NCBI GenBank assembly: GCA_041608535.1
Contig: JBFISM010000002.1
Span: 10,918 to 74,917 of the forward strand
Length of the DNA stretch: 64,000 nt
DNA from: Acidimicrobiia bacterium
GTDB lineage: Bacteria > Actinomycetota > Acidimicrobiia > Spongiisociales > UBA5794
Direction of reading: 5' to 3'
Below the pieces are notes generated by a model that ran no database searches, was not told where the DNA came from, and saw only the letters and a program-made list of their open reading frames with translations. The translations under genes and the position numbers were made by a program. Shown in pieces: positions 28,874 through 36,816 of this stretch. Within the stretch, counting starts at the first letter, position 1. Each line of letters opens with the position of its first letter.

Positions 28874-29407
28874 TCAGCCCAGCTCGATTGCCAGCGGTAT
28901 CGCTCTGCTCAGGGTGTGACCCACTGGGGAGGTCGAAGTCACCTTGTCGTGGAGATCGGCGATGGCTGCCGGATCGCCGTCTGCGTCGATGTGCACGGTT
29001 GCCCGAATCCCCGAGTAGCCGGCATGGCCGTCGGCGAGACCGAGGAACGTCTCGAGGTTGAGGTCGCCCTCCAGCTCGATGCGCAGATCGCGCAGCTCGA
29101 GGCCGAGGGCAGTGGCGTTGGCGGCGTAGCCGACGGCGAGGCAATTGCCCAGAGCCGCAAGCAGCTGCTCCACGGGGTTGGGCGCCGTGTCGGTGCCCCC
29201 CAGCCCGGTCGGCTCGTCCGATGCGATCGGGTCGAACTCGCGGATGCTCGCCTCGGAGCGGAAGCCGCCGCTCCACGCAACCGATGCCGCCCACCTCGTG
29301 TCGCCGGCGTCGGGGTTCTCTGTGATGTGGTTGGCCAGCTCGCCGACGGTGGCGATGTCGACATCGTTCAGCCGCACGTCGGCCGAGCTGGATGCAGTCG
29401 TTGTCAT
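28874..29407 (-). CDS. OsmC-like protein (single-Cys subfamily)
   Basis: DEPTGLGGTDTAPNPVEQLLAALGNC; SPV where the second Cys normally sits; AGGAG RBS. Confidence 0.88.
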   Translation of the reverse strand: MTTTASSSADVRLNDVDIATVGELANHITENPDAGDTRWAASVAWSGGFRSEASIREFDPIASDEPTGLGGTDTAPNPVEQLLAALGNCLAVGYAANATALGLELRDLRIELEGDLNLETFLGLADGHAGYSGIRATVHIDADGDPAAIADLHDKVTSTSPVGHTLSRAIPLAIELG

Positions 29408-29497
29408 CTCGTTCTCCTGTGGTCGATGGTCAGGTGGCGTTGGGAAACGGTCACCCGGTGCTCTGCGGAATCCTCTCGGGTCGGTGCAGAAGCCGTG

Positions 29498-29575
29498 TCA
29501 GCGAAGGACCCGAGAGCGCATACAGCGCATGACGGCCGTAGCGCCCGCTGAGCGGGTCGGAGAGAGGTTGGTCAT
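29498..29575 (-). CDS. Putative Met/Cys leader peptide MTNLSPTRSAGATAVMRCMRSRVLR (25 aa)
   Basis: GGAG RBS; lies between the SAM riboswitch and the OsmC-like gene; M-R-C-M cluster immediately before a hairpin arm. Confidence 0.55.
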   Translation of the reverse strand: MTNLSPTRSAGATAVMRCMRSRVLR

Positions 29576-29638
29576 GTCGGGCTCCGTTCTGCTGCGACGC
29601 GCTCTGCGAGCGCCTCGAGCGGAGACCGCCGAGGGCAA

Positions 29639-29718
29639 CTCATCGTGCAGGCATTGGCACCGTGCGTCGCCGGTTGCCGCGGTTTCGAAGGGCCTGTCCC
29701 TCCACCGCTCTGGATGAG
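29639..29718 (-). ncRNA. SAM-I (S-box) riboswitch, with P4 reduced
   Basis: Minus strand CTCATCCAGAGCGGTGGAGGGACAGGCCCTTCGAAACCGCGGCAACCG...CGGTGCCAATGCCTGCACGATGAG. P1 CTCATC/GATGAG, kink-turn P2, pseudoknot CAGGC/GCCTG; TATACT -10 at 29733-29738. Confidence 0.9.
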
Positions 29719-29827
29719 CGCGTACCGGGGCGAGTATACGGGCGGCTGTAGCGGCTGGAAACAGGTCGATCGCATCGGATCTCCGACCAGCGAGGCCCTC
29801 ACCAGACGCTGCCAGACTGCCCGGGAC

Positions 29828-30775
29828 ATGGCCTCACATCGACTCGCTGCCGGCCTCTGGATGGGGATCGCCGCCCACACCATCTGGGGGCTCAGCCCGA
29901 TCTACTGGAACCTGGTCGACGGCGTCGCTGCCGTGGAGATTCTGGCGAACCGAGTCGTTTGGTCGATCCCGGCCTTGCTCGTGGTCCTCGCTGCAGCTCG
30001 GCGTCTGCGGTCGTGGCGCGCCGGCTTCCGCAGCCGGCGCACCGTGGCGCTCACTGTTGCGGGTGCGGCGCTGCTGTCTGTCAACTGGGGGTTGTTTCTG
30101 TGGGCGGTGGTCAGTGAACGGATCGTGGAAGCGAGCCTCGGGTACTTCATGACTCCTCTGGTGTCCGTGGCCCTCGGCGTCCTCGTGCTGGGGGAGCGGC
30201 TCAACTGGTCGCAGCGAGTCGCACTCACGGTGGCAACCATCGGTGTTGCGGGGATGACCATCGTCCACGGCGGACTGCCGTGGGTGTCGCTCGCCCTGGC
30301 CATGTCGTTTGGTACCTATGGGCTGCTCAAGAAGCTGCCGGCCGCCACCGGTGCGCTCGAATCGCTGTTCGGAGAGGCAGCGATCGTCGCCGTGCCCTGC
30401 ACCGGATACCTCGTCGTGCTGGCCGCGGCGGGGAGCGGTTCGCTCGGCGCCGGCCCTGGCATCACGATGTGGTTGCTGGCGGCCGGGATCGTCACCGCAG
30501 CGCCGCTGTGGCTCTTCGGAGCCGGGGTGCAGCGCATCCCGCTCTCCACCATGGGGCTACTGCAGTACATCGCACCCTCGCTGCAGCTGCTGGTTGGTGT
30601 TTTGCTCTACGGCGAGGTCCTCGATGCGGGCCGACTCCTCGGGTTCGTCGCCATCTGGATCGCTCTCGGCCTCGTGGTGCGAGATCAGTTGAGCCGGTTT
30701 CGTCGCGACATCGCACCGGCTGCCGAAGAGATCGCATCTCTCCCCATGTCCGTCGATCCCGATCGCCTGCGCTGA
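29828..30775 (+). CDS. rarD: EamA family transporter RarD
   Basis: IWGLSPIYW, EILANRVVWS, NWGLF, EASLGYFMTPL, GLLQYIAPSLQ. Confidence 0.9.
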   Translation: MASHRLAAGLWMGIAAHTIWGLSPIYWNLVDGVAAVEILANRVVWSIPALLVVLAAARRLRSWRAGFRSRRTVALTVAGAALLSVNWGLFLWAVVSERIVEASLGYFMTPLVSVALGVLVLGERLNWSQRVALTVATIGVAGMTIVHGGLPWVSLALAMSFGTYGLLKKLPAATGALESLFGEAAIVAVPCTGYLVVLAAAGSGSLGAGPGITMWLLAAGIVTAAPLWLFGAGVQRIPLSTMGLLQYIAPSLQLLVGVLLYGEVLDAGRLLGFVAIWIALGLVVRDQLSRFRRDIAPAAEEIASLPMSVDPDRLR

Positions 30776-30856
30776 CGTTGTGCGGCCAGTGAGTCCGCGC
30801 CTGGAGCACAATCTGTGTTGTTCGCACAGGCTCTAGCCTCTGTCGAGGAGATCAAA

Positions 30857-32818
30857 ATGCAGCTGACCCAACGGAACCTCGACACGTTCACGACGGTCGT
30901 CGACACGATATTGCCGTCGGTGCCCGGTGGCGGACCCGCGTGGACCACGCCGGGTGCGCAGCTCGGTCTCGCCGAACGGCTCCCTCGGCTGTTCGCCTCA
31001 TTGCCCCACGACCAGGACCGCAAGGACTTCAAGCAGCTCCTGTGGCTCCTCGACTCGCATATCGGAGGCGCACTGCTGTTTGGTCGTCCGCAGCGGTTCA
31101 CCTCGCTGTCGCCATTGGCGAGAGCGGATGCGTATCGCACGATGGAGAGCAGCAGGCTCGGCCTGGTACGAAATGGCGCACGAGCGCTCAAGACGCTCGT
31201 GGCGTATCTGTGGGTCACCACCGAGGATGTCAGCCGTCCCCCGCCGGCATGGCAGCCAATGGGCTATCCCGGTCCGGACGGGCCACCGCTGCCGCAGCCC
31301 AAACCGATCTCGGTCGAGACCGTCGCCACCGACACCGTACTGCGAGCTGATGTTGTCGTCGTGGGGTCCGGTGCCGGTGGCGGCACGGTGGCCGGCGTGC
31401 TCGCCGCGGCCGGCTTGCGGGTCATCGTCGTGGAACGCGGCGGCTATCACAACGAAGGGGACTTCAGCCATCTCGAAGCCGATGCCTACCGGTCGATGTA
31501 TCTCGATGGGGCTCTCGGCACCACGGCTGATGGCGGGATCCTCATGCTGGCGGGTGCCACGCTCGGCGGGGGGACTGTGATCAACTACACCACGTCATTT
31601 GCGACACCACAGCAGGTGCGGCGGGAGTGGGACGAGGTTGCCGGGTTCCACGGCGTCTTCGAGGATGCTCGCTACCTGGCGTCGGTGGAAGCCGTGCAGG
31701 CGCGCCTCAACGTGAATCGCGACCACGGCTGGCCCTCGTCGCGGGCCCGTTTGATGGAGAAGGCCATGCGCGACCTCGGATGGCACGTTGACGAGATGCC
31801 ACGCAACGTCGATGGATGCACCGAGTCGGCGTGCGGCTACTGCACCATGGGTTGTCGGCTCGGTGCGAAGCGCTCGACGCTCACGACGTACCTGGAGGAT
31901 GCCGCTGCCGGGGACACGTCTTTCGTGGTCGGGGCCAATGTACGCGCCGTCGAGATCGAGGATGGTCGCGCCACCGGGCTCGTCGCCTCCGTCGGTCCGC
32001 ACACCGTACGAGTACGCGCCCGAGCGGTGGTGCTCGCCGCCGGCGCCCTCAACACCCCGGCGATCCTGCTCCGCAGCGGTATCGATACTCCGGCCGTCGG
32101 CGACTACTTGCGGTTGCACCCGGTGACTGCGGTGTGGGGTCGCTACGACGACGAAGTCGCACCCTGGACCGGCATCCTGCAGACGCGTTACACCGACGAG
32201 TTCGCCGATCTCGACGGACGGGGCTACGGCTTCAAGTTCGAGACGGCACCGGTGCACCCGCTGTTTCCGGCGGCTTTCATCGGCTGGGACGACGGGGCGT
32301 TGTTCAAACGCGACGTGCTGGGTCTCGGCCACCTCAATGTCGCGGGGATACTGCTCCGCGATCGGGATCACGGTCGAGTGGCCATCCGCAAGGACGGTAG
32401 CCCGGTGTGGAAGTACTCGATCTCCAAGCGCGATCAGAGCCACATCCGCGAAGGGGTACTACGTGCCGCAGAGTGGCTGGCGGCGTCGGGAGCCACCGAG
32501 GTGATCGCATCCACCATTCGCCCCGTGCGGTGGATCCCGGGAGTGACGTCGCCGGAGGCGTTCGTTGCCGATGTCGATGCCATCGGCTACGGCTCGAACC
32601 AGACCGGCTACTTCTCATTCCATCAGATGGGCAGCGCCCGAATGGGTGCCGACCCGCTGACCTCGGCTGTCGCCGCCAACAACGAGGTGCACGGCACCAA
32701 GGATCTCTTCGTCATGGACGGTTCGTGTTTCCCCACGGCGTCTGGCGTCAACCCGATGCTGACGATTGCATCGATTGCGCATCGGGGAGCAACGCTGCTT
32801 GCCGAGCGATTGGCCTGA
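30857..32818 (+). CDS. GMC oxidoreductase (long-chain alcohol oxidase-like)
   Basis: VVGSGAGGG, LGGGTVINY, CGYCTMGC, HQMGSARMG, FPTASGVNPM. Confidence 0.9.
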   Translation: MQLTQRNLDTFTTVVDTILPSVPGGGPAWTTPGAQLGLAERLPRLFASLPHDQDRKDFKQLLWLLDSHIGGALLFGRPQRFTSLSPLARADAYRTMESSRLGLVRNGARALKTLVAYLWVTTEDVSRPPPAWQPMGYPGPDGPPLPQPKPISVETVATDTVLRADVVVVGSGAGGGTVAGVLAAAGLRVIVVERGGYHNEGDFSHLEADAYRSMYLDGALGTTADGGILMLAGATLGGGTVINYTTSFATPQQVRREWDEVAGFHGVFEDARYLASVEAVQARLNVNRDHGWPSSRARLMEKAMRDLGWHVDEMPRNVDGCTESACGYCTMGCRLGAKRSTLTTYLEDAAAGDTSFVVGANVRAVEIEDGRATGLVASVGPHTVRVRARAVVLAAGALNTPAILLRSGIDTPAVGDYLRLHPVTAVWGRYDDEVAPWTGILQTRYTDEFADLDGRGYGFKFETAPVHPLFPAAFIGWDDGALFKRDVLGLGHLNVAGILLRDRDHGRVAIRKDGSPVWKYSISKRDQSHIREGVLRAAEWLAASGATEVIASTIRPVRWIPGVTSPEAFVADVDAIGYGSNQTGYFSFHQMGSARMGADPLTSAVAANNEVHGTKDLFVMDGSCFPTASGVNPMLTIASIAHRGATLLAERLA

Positions 32819-32835
32819 CACGGCGAGGTAGCAGG

Positions 32836-33504
32836 ATGCGCCAGATGACACAGCTGCTGTGGGCGGATCAGGATCGCCACCCCGGTGACAGACACCGGCT
32901 GTTCACGGCCGTTGGTGCGACGTTTCCGGCGGCGACCGTCTTGTACCCCGGCTCCTTCGTCGATGTTGCGGCCTCGTTCGTGTTCGACGACGTGACGTAT
33001 GTCGACAACGACCCGCGAGCCGCCGAGTTCTTCGCCGATGCCGCGGGAGTCGATGAGATCATCGCCACGCATCGCGACTCCGTCCAGCCGGCGAGTTGGC
33101 GGTTCCTCCCGGACGACTACCGCCGCCGGCTCGATGTCGACTTGGAGAGTATCGATCTGCTGGTGTCGTTCTATGCGGGATTCGTCAGTGAGCACTGCAC
33201 TGAGTACCTGCGTACCGGCGGGATGTTTTTGGTGAACCCATCCCACGGCGATGCCGCCATGGCGTCGCTCGATCCTCGCTACGAGCTGGCAGGTGTGGTG
33301 ACGTCGCGTGCGTGGGACTATGCCGTCTCCACGGAGGGGCTCGAGACGTATCTGATCCCGGTTCGCAACGACGAGATCACCCTCGACACGATCCGGCGAA
33401 GCCGACGCGGCGTGGCCTATACGCGATCGCCATATGCCTATCTCTTTCGGAAACACCGCGCATCCATTTGGGGTGAACCGCCGATTTCACACGGAGGTGA
33501 ATGA
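32836..33504 (+). CDS. Hypothetical protein, possible class I SAM-methyltransferase fold
   Basis: VLYPGSFVD, VTYVD, DLLVS, YLRTGG strand pattern. Confidence 0.55.
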   Translation: MRQMTQLLWADQDRHPGDRHRLFTAVGATFPAATVLYPGSFVDVAASFVFDDVTYVDNDPRAAEFFADAAGVDEIIATHRDSVQPASWRFLPDDYRRRLDVDLESIDLLVSFYAGFVSEHCTEYLRTGGMFLVNPSHGDAAMASLDPRYELAGVVTSRAWDYAVSTEGLETYLIPVRNDEITLDTIRRSRRGVAYTRSPYAYLFRKHRASIWGEPPISHGGE

Positions 33505-33567
33505 GCGCACGACGCGGTGCCTCCGGCAGCCGAGAATCGCATGGAAGTGGGCTTGAGGTCCTGCCGT

Positions 33568-33640
33568 TCATCAATGTTGATGATTGACAGCATTGTCTTC
33601 GTGCGGTCCAATACTTGCCACACGTGGGGGACACGTGGGG
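33568..33640 (+). promoter_or_regulatory. Candidate promoter/operator of the TadG-like gene
   Basis: Palindrome TCATCAA-TG-TTGATGA abutting TTGACA (33584); ACACGTGGGG repeated at 33620 and 33631. Confidence 0.45.
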
Positions 33641-33659
33641 CCATTTTGGGGGAAAACAA

Positions 33660-34820
33660 GTGGTGGGGAATTCTCGTATTTGGCGTGCTGTGTCACGTCG
33701 ATCGCAGCAGACGCCTCCGTACCTGCCCGTAACTGGGAGCGACGGTGAACGAGGCGCGTCGCTGATCTTCATCGGCCTCATGCTCGTGATGCTCATCGGC
33801 TTCGGTGCCTTCGTGTTGGACATCGGCCGGGCGTATCTGGCCCGAGCCGAGCTGCAGAACGCCGTCGATTCAGCCGTGATCGCGGCTGCGAGCGAGCTGC
33901 CAGATCCGGTTGCCGTGCTCACCGCCGCCACCGATTACGCCAACGCCAACGACTACGGGTGGGGACCGCTGGTGGATCCTGCAGATGTCGACATGGGCTT
34001 CTGGGAGGCTCCGACGAAGACGTTCTACCCGGGAGTGCCGCCCTTCAACGCCGTGCAGATCACGGGGCGGCGTCATCAGGTCTCCGGCAACCAGGTGGAC
34101 ACCGTGCTCGCCAGGGTGCTCGGCTTCGACCACTTCGAGATGAGCGCTACTGGTGTAGCGTCTCGCGAGGTGGTGGCAGATGTGGTGATCGTGCAGGACA
34201 TCACCGGGTCGTTCGAGGACGAGTTGCCGATCGCCATCGATGCGGACAAGGCGCTCATCGACACGTTTGCCGCCGAGCACGCCCAGGGAGTCCACCTCGG
34301 TGTCGTCACGTTTGCCCGGGAGGCGTATGACATCGCACCGCTCGACTCGCTGCTGAACAACCAGGCATCGGCCAAGGCGGCGCTCGACGCCGTGGTCGGG
34401 TGCTCACCGACCGGCAACTCGCCGGGGGACCCGTGCTACGGCACCGACCAATCGGTGGGTATCGACCTGGCCGTGGACATGCTCGTGAATGACGGACGCC
34501 CGGGCATCGAGGACGTGATCATTCTCGTGTCCGACGGGGTGCCGTGCATCGCCGAGCTTCCCATGCCCGGCAAGATCGATACCGGAAAGGCGTGGGCGGT
34601 TGCTTCGGCGGACGCCGCCGCGGCCGCCGGTGTGAGCATCTTCACCATCACTCTCGATCAGATGTCGACGTCGACGTCGCCGTGTCTCAGCGCCGACGTG
34701 ACCTTCAACGAGTCGCTGGCGCGGGGCTTCGGCTGGGGGACAACCACCACTGATCCTTTCCAGCTCGAAGCCCTGCTGGCGTCCATCGTGGGCGAGATGC
34801 CGGTGCATCTGGTGCAGTAA
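33660..34820 (+). CDS. TadG-like pilus-associated protein with vWA domain
   Basis: ERGASL prepilin-like motif, TM, DIGRAY...LQNAVDSAVIAAA, MIDAS-like DITGSF and VSDG. Start uncertain. Confidence 0.8.
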   Translation: MVGNSRIWRAVSRRSQQTPPYLPVTGSDGERGASLIFIGLMLVMLIGFGAFVLDIGRAYLARAELQNAVDSAVIAAASELPDPVAVLTAATDYANANDYGWGPLVDPADVDMGFWEAPTKTFYPGVPPFNAVQITGRRHQVSGNQVDTVLARVLGFDHFEMSATGVASREVVADVVIVQDITGSFEDELPIAIDADKALIDTFAAEHAQGVHLGVVTFAREAYDIAPLDSLLNNQASAKAALDAVVGCSPTGNSPGDPCYGTDQSVGIDLAVDMLVNDGRPGIEDVIILVSDGVPCIAELPMPGKIDTGKAWAVASADAAAAAGVSIFTITLDQMSTSTSPCLSADVTFNESLARGFGWGTTTTDPFQLEALLASIVGEMPVHLVQ

Positions 34821-34864
34821 CCCGGTGCGCCGGCATCGACGGGCCGGTTTCGAAGCTTCGCAGG

Positions 34865-35980
34865 TCAGGTCCTCGGTCCGAGCGGGGCAGCCATCTCAGC
34901 AGGGTCCCGGCCTGCGATCCTGTCACGTGCTTCTTCTGGCATCTTCCACTGCTTGTTGGTGCGCCACAGGAGATAGGACGCGGCTCCCAGCGGGATGGGG
35001 AGCAGGTAGGTGACCCCGCGAAAGACCAAGATCGCAGCCACCACCTGCGCCGAGCTCGCGGCATCGAGACCGAGGGTGAGCACTGCCGCATAACCGAGTT
35101 CGACGACACCCACCCCACCGGGTGTGATCGGTAGCGCAGAGATGAGTCTGACGAAGGCGAACGCAGCGAGGACGGTCACCCACGACAGCTCGTCATCGCC
35201 GACCCCGACGTGGCGCAGGGCCACGAGCAGTACCAGATAGAGCGACGCGTGACTCAGCAACGTGGCGGAAGTCAGGGCGATCCAACGGGCGCCGAGCAAA
35301 CCGGCAGCATCGCGACGGAAGCCCACGGTGCGCTCCCCCCAGTCACCGAGCGCCGGCCTGCGGAACCAACCCCGAAGCCGATCGATGGCACGTCCCACCG
35401 TTCGCCCGATGGCGAACGCCAGTCGCTCGCTGCGGAGCAGCAACACCAAAGCGAGGGCGGCGCCGGCGAGCACGCCGAGACCGACTATCGCTGACGTGAT
35501 CCGGGCCGGGGTGACGTCGCCCTCCAAGGCCAGCAGAGCCAGAGCGAACACCGGCATACCGAGCTTCACGAAGTTGTTCCAGATCCCGGTGATGAGCGCA
35601 GAGCGGCCGATATCGGTCACCCGGAAGCCCCACGAGGTCAGCATGGCAACGGTGACACCGACACCGATGGCGCCTCCGGCGGGAAGCGTGTTGGACACCG
35701 CTGTCGACGCCTGGTTCACCACCGCGGCCTCACGTAAGCGCAAGCCGGGGAGGGCGGCGACGAGCACGAACCAGTATGTCGCCAGGTTCCACAACCCCAC
35801 GAGCACGAGGGAGCCGATCTCGAGGCCGGTCATCTGGCCGATCGTGGAGAAGACGTCGCCGTAGTCGGCGATCTGCGGCATGATTCCGGCAAAGATCCCG
35901 ACCACGACGGCCGTGGAGACGACTCCCTGCAGTATCCGTTTCCATCGCGCCCCAGGCTCCCCCGAACCTGCGTGAGTCAT
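34865..35980 (-). CDS. YbhN / lysylphosphatidylglycerol-synthase TM (flippase-like) protein
   Basis: SNTLPAGGAIG, PITPGGVGVVE, LVFRGVTYLLP. Confidence 0.85.
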   Translation of the reverse strand: MTHAGSGEPGARWKRILQGVVSTAVVVGIFAGIMPQIADYGDVFSTIGQMTGLEIGSLVLVGLWNLATYWFVLVAALPGLRLREAAVVNQASTAVSNTLPAGGAIGVGVTVAMLTSWGFRVTDIGRSALITGIWNNFVKLGMPVFALALLALEGDVTPARITSAIVGLGVLAGAALALVLLLRSERLAFAIGRTVGRAIDRLRGWFRRPALGDWGERTVGFRRDAAGLLGARWIALTSATLLSHASLYLVLLVALRHVGVGDDELSWVTVLAAFAFVRLISALPITPGGVGVVELGYAAVLTLGLDAASSAQVVAAILVFRGVTYLLPIPLGAASYLLWRTNKQWKMPEEARDRIAGRDPAEMAAPLGPRT

Positions 35981-36816
35981 GGCAACTCGAACCCGGCGTC
36001 GCGGAATTCCGCACGCAGCGGTTCGACGGCCACCAGCCCGAGAGCATTTCGCACGTCGGATTCGATCGTGGCCACACCGGCGCCGGAGGCGGCGAAGTCG
36101 TAAACCGCGCACCCGCCATCGAATACGTACATCCACTGCCCCGTGTAGGTGGGTGGTGACGTGACGTCCTCGATCTCGTCGACCGCATCGTCCACCGACA
36201 GCAGCTGTTGCTCGAAGTCTTCACCGGCGAGATACATTCCGAGGGTGCGCTCCTCGGCGTTGCGGAGATCGACGGTGATGACGTGGGCGCCGTCACGGCG
36301 TGCGGCGGCGATCCGCTCGACGGTGCTCCTGACCGAAGCGTCCACCTCGACGTCGAGCGTCCGGCCGGCCACCACCAGGGTGGCGAGTTCGGCGACGATC
36401 TCCACGGCTCTCGCAGCCGTCGCTTCCGCCTGGCCTTCGGGAACGACGACGACCTGGACGGAGGTGGACTCGGCGACGTCCCTGAAGAGGATCGCCCCGG
36501 GCTCGTCACTGGGTGATCTCGGAAGGTGACCGGGATCACAACGGGAGACCATTTCCACGGTGAGGAACGGATACCCGAGCCGGTCGGAATCGATCTCGAA
36601 CGATGCGCCGCGGCTGTTCGCCTCCATGTCGCGGTACTGCCACTCCGGGTGGAGCGATTCCACGCACGGGACGAACTCGGCACCCGGCACCGACTGGATC
36701 TCCAGGATCAAGGTGGCGCCTGGGTCGTCACAGGCAGGCACGGTGCGCCCCAGCTCCGCGCTGCACCCCGCAACGATCATGGCGAGTGAGGCCGTGAGCA
36801 CACCGAGCCGTTTCAC
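35977..36816 (-). CDS. Putative lipoprotein
   Basis: Lipobox IVAGC after a hydrophobic stretch; several Cys; 4-nt overlaps with both neighbours. Confidence 0.7.
   Translation of the reverse strand: MKRLGVLTASLAMIVAGCSAELGRTVPACDDPGATLILEIQSVPGAEFVPCVESLHPEWQYRDMEANSRGASFEIDSDRLGYPFLTVEMVSRCDPGHLPRSPSDEPGAILFRDVAESTSVQVVVVPEGQAEATAARAVEIVAELATLVVAGRTLDVEVDASVRSTVERIAAARRDGAHVITVDLRNAEERTLGMYLAGEDFEQQLLSVDDAVDEIEDVTSPPTYTGQWMYVFDGGCAVYDFAASGAGVATIESDVRNALGLVAVEPLRAEFRDAGFELP

Noticed and set aside
28874-29407. Selenocysteine or readthrough in the OsmC-like gene
   Set aside because: No in-frame TGA; the second Cys position is a Ser codon.
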